A stretch of DNA of 64,000 nucleotides from Eremomyces bilateralis CBS 781.70 (taxonomy: Eukaryota). The notes beneath the pieces are model-generated. The model was not told where the DNA came from. It saw only the letters and a program-made list of their open reading frames with translations, and did no database searches. Both the position numbers and the translations under genes were made by a program. This document shows, in pieces, positions 50,482 through 61,537 of the stretch (its first letter is position 1; every line of letters begins with the position of its first letter). The stretch is taken from NCBI GenBank assembly GCA_010015585.1, contig ML975154.1. One strand, given 5' to 3'.

Positions 50482-53400
50482 TCACTCGGAAATATCACCA
50501 TCCTTCGGCTCATCGAGCTCAATCCACTTAGTGCGACACTTCACCGCAGCGGCTCGCACCGCCCGCCTACTATCATCCAGCGGCCTAGTCAGCTCTTTAA
50601 TCACCGACTTCCGGAACGGAATGACCGCATCGACCGAGAACGCAGCCGCGATGTTCGCAAGGCATCGCAGTGATGTCTCCCGCACGGCGCCGGAGTTCGA
50701 CTTGGACGACGCGGCCTTGAGGAGCCGCGGGATCAGACTGCTCAGATAGCTCGCCATCGCCGCGGAGTTCTCGGTTAAGATCAACCCCAGCGTCTCGACT
50801 GCGGCGACTTTGGTGGCTTCTTCGTCCGCGAGGTCGAGCATCTGGAGGATGAGCGGGAGGAGAGAGGGGAGGTCGGATTCGATCACGGAGTAGGGAAGGG
50901 ACTTGACAATGCTCATGATCGCGACAAGGTAGTTCCGCTTGATAGCGTCGGACTCTTCTTTGAAGGACGTCGTCAGTGGAGGGACAATGAGGGAGAAGGC
51001 TTTCTGGCGGTAGAGCGGGGAGATTTTGCAATGGTTCTCTTTGGTTAGGAAATCGTCGGATTGGAGAATCGTGGCAAAGCCTCGTGCTACCGGGCGACCG
51101 TACTCTGGATCCAACAACAGCTTGCGCAGCTCAGGTAGGATGGGGATAAGCTTCCGTTCGTTCCGGAGGAGAAGAGCCTTGACAGACGCCAGGATGAGTC
51201 GCGCGGAGTCCTTTTTATGCGCGCAGGCAGCGAAGTCGCCGATCGGTTTACTGCACAAGAGGTCCACCGCAAATTCCGCATTATCAGGCGACAGGAATTT
51301 GTTTAGGATTAGAGAGACCTGTCGCAGACTTGCTCGACGTACTTCGACACTGGTAGAGTCAGCTGTGGCGATGTCGGAAAGGGTCGAAAGATGCTTTCTC
51401 AGATCTTGGATTGGTACGACGTCTCGCTGAAGGGCAGCGACAATATACGAGGATGCGAGGAGCTTGAGGGGATTTAGCAGGGTGCCACTGGCATCGACAT
51501 TCTCTGATGACTCTCCAAAGGCATCCACAGGGTTGTAGATTTCGATGAGGTGTTTCTTCTGGAAAGCCGACGTTTGTCGGCGCAGCACAACGTTGCAGAG
51601 CTGGCCGACCAACTCGTAAACTCTGTTGTTGGCGAAGTTGCTCTGGTTGCTACCGTCGCCTACCCGTTGCAGTAACGGGAAAATCAGTTGCCCATAGAGA
51701 GGACAGTCCTCATCAGTACCGTCAAGAGAAGCGGATGTGTGGGTGAGCGCATATAACAGCGCTGACAACAACGCACAGAGGAAGGTCGAAGAAGATTGCT
51801 CTCTGATGGCGGCGTCTAATTTGTTCCGGAGCCGTAAGATGACAAGATCGAAGACTTTGGCTTCTTGAGCCAAGTTCGAGAACGCGTCCAACACAGGAAC
51901 GTATCCAAGGTCGCCGGCCGTATCATTGTCGGGTATAAGGGAAAGGAAACGAGGGAAGGCGTGGTCTATGATGAGGTGAGGTTTCTGATGAGCAATGTCG
52001 ACTAACGCTTGGATCGCGGGCCCACGAAGCTCGACTTTGCCTTCGTAATCATCAAGGATGAGGTCTAAACACTGTCGGATGAGGGTGGAAATCTCTTGGT
52101 CCTGGAGGAGATTTCGACACATGCAAAGCTGTACTAATCCCTCCAGGCAAATCTTCTTAAATGCCACTTCATTCGCAGGGACGCTCAATTGTCCACCCAC
52201 AAGCAATGTGACAAGAATGTCTTTGTGCTCGGAAAAGGCGTTGTACGTATCCTCTTGCGTGTCTGCCACGCCCCTTCCGGCGATGGTTACCCAATCACCA
52301 AACACTTTGACGGATGCCTTCAGCAGTTGCACCAGGACTTCCAGCAGACTTCGGCGCTTTGCGAGCGAATCGGCGCCTTCGAAAAGCGCAACGAGATGCG
52401 GAACGACGTGGGCCACCAGTAAATTTGCGCATTCTCGCGTTCTTGAGGCGACGGCCTCCAGGATCTGTCCGGCTGCTTTCGATTGCTTCGTCGGCGCGTC
52501 CTCGAGGTGCTCGGAGCATTCTTTCGATATTGGCCGGAGATATGCAACGAGTTGCGGACGTCCGACGGATAACTGTGCTCCGATCTCGGATATGACATCC
52601 AGAGCCTTATCTGCCAGGTCTTCTTCCTGGACGCTAAGAATCTCGAATTTGAGGGCATCCCAGAGCGTGACGGCATAGAGGGACACGGTCCTGGTTCCGT
52701 AGTTGGAGATGCAGCTATGGAGCGCTGCAAGAGTGTCTCGCTTAGTATTCAGCGATGACGAATCCAACTTATCGAGCAGCGCTGGGAAGGAATAGGGCGC
52801 AAAGCTCCCGCATGCGGCTATGCAGTCGCGAAGTCTGTCTTTCAGATCTTGCGCGGTTATGCCGTAAGGATCATCTGGAGGGGGACGGAAGGTAATGGGG
52901 AAGTAGTTGAATACCGCTTCGAACCCGTCCTGTGCATAAGCTCCCAGCTCCCATTCACTGAAGGGCACATTGAGGATCGAAAACACGATCATAAGGTTCC
53001 TAGGATCCTTTTCTCCCTCGAACAGCGAGATGAACGTTGGCATGAAGTCCGAGGACGCTTGATGGAGGCCGTGAATCGCTTCCCGGTACTCTGCTATTAG
53101 TAGGTTTATCAATTTCAGAACCGCGTATCGCTCTGACTGCTGTCTGATCTGCCGTAACGGATGAAGGGATTGGATGATGGTCTGCATGCACTCCGCAGCT
53201 CTTTCCGCGTCCCATTTCCCAAACTCTTCTATCTTCATGAGCGCATTCGCGCAGGCGGCAGCGCCGAGCCCTTCAGCATCACCGTTAATCCGAGTCGTGA
53301 GAAAATGTACGAGCAGTTCTCCTGATAAAGCAAAAGGTCAGTATTCGTTCCTCTTTCCGTGACTTCCGCCAACGCGATAAGACCGGGGAAAGCGACGGTC

Positions 53401-53763
53401 CTAAAAATCTCACAACGTACTTTGCTGGCGAGACACGGTACCACGGGGCACCGATTCCAACACGTCCGCCAGATATGCGAGCGCTATCCAAGCCAAATCA
53501 GCGGGGTTATCCAGAAGTTGAGGATGGAGTGTAGTATACCTTTTGCCCTAACGGACGGATCATTATCGTTGAGGAACTCTCCTAGAGCCTCGATAAGGTC
53601 CAATAATTTGAGTTCCTTGGATTGTAACCCTGCCACAGTACTCAGCGATCTCTTCATGCAACTCGACAATGTAAGGCTAACTCTCTGCGGTTCTGATCGC
53701 GATCTGGGACGCCTCCTTTCTGCTTTTCTCGTGCTCTACTAAGTAAAGCCGGATGTCCGACAT
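50482..53763 (-). CDS. MMS19: Cytosolic Fe-S assembly targeting factor MMS19/Met18 (HEAT repeats)
   Basis: ATG 53763; introns 53630-53681, 53484-53539 and 53322-53420 join to the 918-aa ORF. Motifs GEKDPRNLM, FNYFPITFRPPPDDPYGITAQDLK, LWDALKFEI, LYRQKAF, LDDSRRAVRAAAVKCRTKW. Confidence 0.93.
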
Positions 53764-54383
53764 GGTATGGGAGGGGTCCATCCAAGCAATTATATGGCTG
53801 GTCTAACCCGGAGATATCGGTTGTTCGTTGATTGTCTTTGAAATATGAAAAGTTCGGTCAACCCTGAGCGCTTGCGACAACAATTGTCACGCATCTCACT
53901 GATTGAATGTATTAGATTGGACACATCATGGGGAGTAAACCCTTTGTTGGACAACTATCGCACCACTAGATATCTTATGCAGGAATATCAGATGCGGTTG
54001 TACGGAAGTAGAAGCACAGCGTCAACGGTCAAATTCAAAGTCAGATCCCTTCCCTGGCGAATGTCGTCACATTTTGGCGGGAAGGTGCATATATTGATAG
54101 TGAAATTTATTATCCAATTGCAGTGTCCTGATTACACTTTCTGGAATGACTCACCCCTCAACAGGCTTAGCGCGGGGGATCTCTGTGGGATGGATGCATC
54201 AAGCAAGAAAATTAAATGCCAGCCGTCATCGGAGCCAGGGCCTGAATTGCTCGAATTTATATACCGCGTTCCTCCGGCCGATCGAAAAATTTGATAAGGA
54301 ATCTGACCGTTGTCGAAAGGGCATTGACGACGGCATTGAGAAACAAAGAAGAGCAAAGAACCATTAGTTAGAAGACGATTAAG

Positions 54384-55451
54384 ATGGAACCTAAGCCGGA
54401 GCCAAAATCCCAATGCAAGGTCCTCTTGGCCAACACGATGTCGAAGAAGCTCCAGGAGGAGGTAATCCAGAGTCTTCAAGCCCTCAACCCGCCGCAACCC
54501 CCGAAGTTAGTGGGATTCCTTAGCAGCGAGGACCCGGCCGCGCGCGTGTACGCCGAGTGGACGGGCCGCAACTGCCGCGAGCTGGGCTTCGAGTTCGAGC
54601 TGCGCGAAGTCGACCGCGAGGACCTCGAGGAAAGCCTCATCGCGGCGAACGCCGACGCGGGAGTCCACGGGATCATTGTTTACTATCCGATCTATGGCAG
54701 CCAGCACGATCGGTACCTGCAGCAGATCGTGGGGCTGAACAAGGACGTGGAGGGGCTGAGCCACACGTATATCTTCAACATGTATCAGAACATTCGGTTC
54801 CTGGACGAGGAGCGGAAGGTGAAGAGCATCCTGCCGTGCACGCCGTTGGCCGTCATTAAGGTGCTGGAGTATCTGCAGATTTACAATACGATCTTGCCGT
54901 ATGGGAATCGGCTGCATGGGCGCACGATTACGGTCATCAACCGGTCCGAAGTGGTCGGACGACCGCTGGCGGCGCTGCTGGCGAACGACGGAGCGTATGT
55001 GTACTCGGTCGATGTGAACGATGTGCTGGGGTTTCATCGTGGGCAAGGGTTGAAGAAGAAACGGCACGAGGTCACGGAGAAACCGGGATGGACGATGAAG
55101 GACTGCATTCCACTGAGTGATGTGGTCATTAGCGGTGTACCTGGCGACAAGTTCAAGGTGCCGTTGGAGCTGATCAAAGACGGCGCGGTCTGCATCAACT
55201 TCTCCAGCGAAAAGGTTAGGTGCTCTCCCTGTCATCCTTCGCTTGACACTAACGCCTCGTAGAACTTCGCGCCCGGCGTCAAAGATCGCGCCTCGATATA
55301 TATCCCCGCGATTGGCAAGATGACCATTGTCGTCCTGCTGCGAAACTTGTTGGTATGTTTTCCTAATCCTCCTCGCCGATAACCCTATCGCTGATTTTCC
55401 CGCTCCTAGCGCCTCTACCAAAACACCCTGGCACAACAAAACAGCTCATGA
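54384..55451 (+). CDS. MTD1: NAD-dependent methylenetetrahydrofolate dehydrogenase
   Basis: GIIVYYPI..KDVEGLSH..NMYQNIRFLD..KSILPCTPLAVIKVLEYL.IYNTILPYGNRL..INRSEVVGRPLAALLANDGA. Introns 55215-55262 and 55353-55409; TGA 55449-55451. Confidence 0.95.
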
Positions 55452-55589
55452 CAGTGACGACGAAACGGGGGGATTGGCCCCCTCTTTCCACCATAACTTG
55501 TCGAGACCTGCAACACGACTCCTTGGTGAATTTAGTATCGACAACCCATGTGGATGGATATGCTTGCATCGTGAGAGTCGCGGAACATC

Positions 55590-56679
55590 TCAAGTCTCGG
55601 CACGAGATTTCTTTGGCGGCGGGCTTGCAGAGCGTTCTTTGAGGTCGGTCGCGTCCACAGTTGACTCCCCCCGATCGCGTTTCAGACCCTTCATCTTTCG
55701 GGTCTGCAGATGGGTGAGGTCTTGCTTGCCGACATGGATCCGGCCGACCTTGTCTCCCACGATATCTGTTTCGATGTTCTTCTTCGTCCTGGCCTGTACA
55801 GATAGACTTGTCAGATATGCTTTCAATAGAAAAGGAAGAGAGATACGCACCTCGAGCGCCCTCGGCCTCTTCAACGCCTCCTTCATGATTGATTCGTCCG
55901 CTTGCTTATGCCTCCCAACATGGAAGTCGATCCGTGGCCCCATCTCCTCCAGCTCGACCAGCGGCGTCTTCTCCCCACTCCGCTTCGTGACGAGCTTGTA
56001 GACCCGCATCCGGATCTTCGGCGCCGGCTGGCCCTCCACCTCTTCTTCCGCGCTGATATGGATCATGTACTGCAACCCCTCGATATCGATGCTGGGGGCG
56101 TCATGGCCGCGGAATAAATCCACGAACAGACTCTTGGCGACGCTGTATGCATTGGTGGTCGGACTCTCAAACGGCGTCCCCGAGAAGGACAGCAGCGGTT
56201 TCGCGCCCACGGCGCACTTCTCGTTCTTGAACTGGTTCAGCGTGCGGAACGACTCCGGATCGATGTACAGCTCCAGCATATCCAGCACCTTGTGGCTGAA
56301 ACAGCGGATGAATGTCAAGCAATGCGGGCGCTTCTTGCTATGGTAGCCGAAGACGAGGAGCGCGGCATCGTTCTTCTCAGAGAAGAACTCGAGCGACGAC
56401 GGGTCCTCGAACGGATGGATGCCATCGTTCTTCTTGGTGAATCGGATGGACAACGGTCGTTTGAGGGCGTTTAGGTCGGCGAGGGCGAGCTGGACGACCT
56501 GGCTTGCATTCTGGCCGCGGAGGAAGAGGGTTGTCTTCGGGTTCTCGACTAATTGCGGTTGTTTCTTCTCCAGGATCCTCTTGGACCGAGCGGTCTTGGG
56601 TTTTCTGGATGGCAGATAACATATCAGCTTGGGATTCTCATTTGAATCGTTCGTTTGGACCTTACACTGTTTTTAACAT
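55590..56679 (-). CDS. RPF2: Brix-domain 60S ribosome biogenesis protein Rpf2
   Basis: MLKTV|KPKTARSKRILE..PQLVENPK (intron 56605-56665); IHPFED.SSLEFFSEKND; HSKKRPH; VELEEMGPRIDF; intron 55794-55850; GRIHVGKQDL..LQTRKMKGLK. Confidence 0.95.
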
Positions 56680-56760
56680 CCTGGCCGGCGATATATGCGA
56701 AGTGGTTCTTGTAAAAGTCCGACTTGAAGTTCACTTGAAGCCGTACATGGTCTGCAATCC

Positions 56761-56840
56761 AAAATTTCACCTCCCAGAGCCAAATCTCAAATTTCCAAAT
56801 CGGTATCTTATCAGATGATCAGGCCCCACTTAAAGATGAG
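56761..56840. promoter_or_regulatory. Candidate ribosome-biogenesis promoter motifs in the RPF2/GRX divergent promoter
   Basis: RRPE-like AAAATTTCA 56761-56769, CTTATC 56807-56812 and PAC-core GATGAG 56835-56840, all within 160 bp upstream of the RPF2 ATG. These motifs are short and may be chance matches. Confidence 0.35.
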
Positions 56841-57097
56841 TGGTGATGAAAAGCCAGAAAAGCACGTCACGGACTCTTCGATGTTCGAGGCCTCGACTGC
56901 GCCATTTGTGTCTTACAACTTAGAGAATCTTTGCTCAATTCACTTGCGATAGCTTAGAAAAGCGAGACTACCGGCCTCCAAACATTGACATAGCCTGAAG
57001 CACCTCAATCCGAGAGGTACACCCGTCGCCTTCTGCCACCTCCCCGCCGTCAACCCGGTCACCAGAGCCATCAAGCTGATTACCAACCCCCGAAACC

Positions 57098-58055
57098 ATG
57101 GCAGAAGTGCGTACATATCCATCCTGTGTAGACGTTAAGATGGAAAACTAACCGTCGCATGACCCCAGCCCACAAAAGTCACCGAGATCACCTCCGAACT
57201 CGGGTTCCAAACCTTCGCCAACACCGTCCCGGCCACCGCCCTCCTCGTCGTCTACTTCCACGCACCATGGGCCGCGCCCTGCAAACAGATGGCCACCGTC
57301 CTGGACACCCTCGCCAGCACCTATCCCGCACAGAGCCCGCCCGCCATCAGCTTCGTCTCGATCAACGCGGAAGAGGTGCCCGAGGTCTCCGAGCAGTTCG
57401 ACGTGACGGCAGTGCCGTTCATCGTGCTGCTGAGAGGCGGCGCACGGCTCGAGACGATATCCGGCAGCGACGCGGCTAAGGTGCGGGCAGCGGTCGAGCG
57501 GCATGCGGCGCCGGGTGGCGCACCGGGTGGCCAACGACTGCCACCGGCGCAGCAGGTGGTGAAGAAGGCAGAGGACACGACATTGGGAGATGTGGGAAGC
57601 ACGACGAACGGAGCACTAGGAGCCAGAGGAAACGAGACAGCACCGATAGATAGTACTGGTGAGCAAGACAAGGAGGCACTATTTGCACGGCTCAAGGATC
57701 TGGTGAAGGCGGCGCCGGTGATGCTGTTCATGAAAGGGACGCCCAGCGCTCCACAGTGCGGGTTCAGCAGACAGACGGTGGCGCTACTGAGGCAGAAAAA
57801 CGTGCGATATGGGTTCTTCAATATTTTGGCCGACGACGACGTCAGACAGGGGCTCAAGGAGTACGCGGACTGGCCGACTTTCCCTCAATTGTGGGTTGAT
57901 GGGGAGCTGGTGGGTGGATTGGACATCGTAAGTACCACCCGAGAAGAATTCCATCGGCTGTGGGAAACTAATGATTTTTGAAGGTTCGAGAGGAATTCGA
58001 GAATAACGACGAGTTCCTGACGGAGTATTCCACAGGGGCAACGGCAGCAGCATAG
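57098..58055 (+). CDS. GRX4: Monothiol glutaredoxin Grx3/4 (thioredoxin-like plus CGFS Grx domain)
   Basis: 3-codon first exon MAE, intron 57107-57168; YFHAPWAAPCKQM; APVMLFMKGTPSAPQCGFSRQ; WPTFPQLW..GGLDI; intron 57928-57983; TAG 58053-58055. Confidence 0.93.
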
Positions 58056-60055
58056 ATCATAATGAATTGAAGACCCCATGATCATAAGAACGTGTGTTTG
58101 CCGTTTGGCGAGCCGTGAGGATTAGGCCTTTGGGGGTGACGACAGATTCACAGATAGGATGTGACGGGTCGGTAGTTGGTGGTGCAGTACGGAGTACCCC
58201 GTATGGGATGAAATGGGCCAAGTCACGCCCATCTTTTCCCGTTGCAGTTGCACCGCCTACGTACATAGCCATCGGGATCAACAAGACAGCAGAGCAACTC
58301 AACAACATTCTGTAGAATTCGGTCCCACATGTTGGAATATTGGACACTGTTTGATAGAGATCAACACAGCGGCAGTGGGATCGCTCATGGGAGCAGATTG
58401 CAGATCGGATGCAAACTTGTAAAGACGATGCGCGATAGGACCACGGAATCTGTATTTGAATCCCAGAGTGTCAAGGTTGTATTAGCATTTAAACGAGCAG
58501 TTCATGCGAGAATCTTTGTTCCTGGATCCAGGGTAATTCAGTGGAAACTTCACATCACCAGCATCATCGATATTAATCACAAGCTCGACAGTCGACTGGT
58601 CTGAACTCTGGACTCAGGATCTGCCCAACATCCCCCGTCCTCCTTGACCCTTGTCCAGACGACAGACGTCCACCCATTTTCGGAGACAAGCCTTTTCTGA
58701 GGGTTCCGCCTCCGTTTGGTTCGCTATCACTGTCCAGTTGATTCCCGTTTCCCATTTCCCACGTCTCGCAGTTCGCACAGACACGCACAAATCACCGATC
58801 ACAATTGATGATGGAACCAATACCGAACATCTCTACTCCAAACCATCCTTGTCCGAGGAATCCCCGTGTCCAGTCGGTGTCCAGTCGGCGTCCAGTGGCA
58901 CCATTCCCACTGCGGGGACGTGAAACCGCTAATCCGCCCATTAACGCGCATCCTCATCCCCCATCTTCAAACGTCGCGCCACCCCTTTATCCTGCGCTTA
59001 TCCTCCGCTTCCACGCCCTCTCCCTTACCCGATCGGTCATCTTGTGAAAGTCTGAAAAAGCCCCAAAGGCCCCGAATGCTACCCGGTTTGGCGTCCATGG
59101 CACTAGCCGCCGCCTAGCTGGGGAACTTAATACGTATCAGGCAGATTGGACGTTGCTCCTTGCCAATCGGTCCCATGGTTGCTAGGCACATCTTCCACAA
59201 GTTTACGGTGGGAATAGGGATGCGTCGCCCCCCTTGGCCTCTGCGCCGGCTGCGGTGTTTCGTATCTTTGTCTCCCAATGCCCAACAAACCATCACCCAA
59301 ACCTGCGATTTGGTGACGCGGAGACACACGGTCATGGCGGTTTCAGGCCCGAAGCCAACGTCGTTGGTCTGTTCCACACGACCCGCTTCTCATCGACCGC
59401 CTTAGTTTCCGTCGTCCCACCTCGATCAATGCGTTGCCAATTCCCTTTAACTAGCGGGTGTGTCGTGATGCCGTGTATGCTTCATCTTTGTTCAATCGTT
59501 CGTGTCTCTTCAGAAGTGCCATCTTTTAAAACTTCTGTCGGTTTGAACTGTCCTTCCCTAATTGCTATCAGGGTCATTTAAAAGCCTTTCGTTGTACCTA
59601 TCTGTACGCTCTTTTCGCATTTCAGTATAGCGGAGTCTCAGCAAGCTGCTGACCCGTTGGTGAATCCCGTGAGGGTGAATTATTATTTGGTTTCCTATTG
59701 AACTTTCCGGTATCGAGCTGGTTCTCCCATATTTTACGAGCCCGTCGTTTATATCACTGTCCAGTGGCATAAGGACATTGACAGGACCTTTGGAACCTCC
59801 TGTCATAACTGTCACGAGTCAGAACTGTAATCATCAACACGATCCTTCGAGTTGATAACACCCCACAGTCAGTTCCCGAAGCACGTCCTTCATCACCATT
59901 GTTTGTTTGTGTTGGAACAGTTCCTCACCGTCAATCATAGATCAATCGCTCTCTAAGCCACCCTCGGACTCTTTAGACATACTGTCTTTCCCTCATTTTT
60001 TTGAACGACCCGAGTCGAACACTCTTTATTCCGAGTTTGAATATTCCCCTTCAAT

Positions 60056-61537
60056 ATGAAACTCACCTCCTCCATTTTGGTTACCGGCTTGGCTGCTGTG
60101 GCTGCGGCTAAACCACTTCTCCATCCTCATGTCTCCAACTCGCTCTCTTCTCGACAAGTTGCTCGATCAACTGAAGAATCCCATCAAACTGGTGGAGAAG
60201 AATTCGTCATCATCCTCGACAACGACCAGCCCACCCCGCCGGTGATCCACGATGTTCTTGCACGGTTGGCATTGACTTCGGATCATAACGATGTCAAATA
60301 CGTGTTCAACAATACGGCCTTCCGGGGGTTCGTGGCGAATATGGAAGATCACTGCCTGGACGCGCTTCTGAATATGACCGACGTATCCATTGTCGAGAAG
60401 GCCATGTCCGTCTCAACCTTTGCCACGCAACGAGGTGGCGCACCATGGGGACTGGAACGCATCTCCAGTGCGGACACGGTGACCGGGAACCCCACCGGTC
60501 TCGATTTCACGTATTCGTTTGACAACACTGAGCTCGGAGCTGGCGTCGACATCTACGTCATCGACACTGGCGTCTACACCGATCACATCGCTTTCGGGGG
60601 TCGAGCACGCTCCGGCTTCTCATTCGAGAACGATACATCTGACGGCGATGGCCACGGCACCCACGTTGCGGGCACTGCCGCAGGAAATGTGCTGGGTGTT
60701 GCATCTGGCGCCAACATTTGGGCCGTTAAGGTGCTTGGGGCTGATGGATCCGGATCTACCTCCGATACGCTCAAGGGCATGGATTGGGTGATTCAGAATC
60801 ACAACAAACGCAAGGAGGAGGAAGGCTTTGTCGGTAGCATCATGAGCATGTCTTGGGGTCTTGCCCGACGTAAGTATCAGTAAATTCCTGGAGCGAACGA
60901 CATGAACTCACCATTTCCAGACAACGACGGTATCGACCGCGCCATCCGCTCCGCCAGCGAAATTGGCATCCACATGGCCGTTGCCGCCGGCAACGAAGCC
61001 GGCAACTCCTGCACCGCATCCCCCGGATCCTCTGGCGGTTCCCAAGGCCCCGCCATCGTCGTCGGCAGCATCGACATTACCAACACGATCTCCAAGTTCT
61101 CCAACACCGGCGCCTGCAACGACATTTACGCCCCCGGCGAAGACATCGTCTCCTCGTGGATCGGCCAGAACAACTACGTCAACTCCCTCGACGGCACCAG
61201 CATGGCCTGCCCCCACGTCACCGGCCTGATGGCCTATCTGATGGACGCCAAGCCCGAGCTGCGCACCGACCCCCTCGCCATGAAGGAGTACCTGAAGCAG
61301 ACCTCGCTGAGGGACGTCGTCCAGGGCACCGCGCTCGACGGCGACGACAAGCTGCTCGCGAACAACGGCGTCACCGCCCAGGCGAAGCGCGACGTGCCGT
61401 CGAACGTGCAGCTCGTCAAGAAGCGATCGGTGGAGGATACGGTGGTGAGCCAGGTGGAGTCGAAGACGGAGCTTGAAGGACGCGCGGGGACGATCACGCT
61501 TGAGTTGGCGCAGTCTAACAAGAGGTTGCGGCTGTGA
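60056..61537 (+). CDS. Secreted subtilisin-like serine protease (S8, proteinase K-like) with I9-type propeptide
   Basis: Signal peptide MKLTSSILVTGLAAVAAA; APWGLERIS; catalytic triad motifs IDTG, GHGTHVAGT, GTSMACPHV; AAGN oxyanion motif; intron 60870-60920. Confidence 0.93.
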
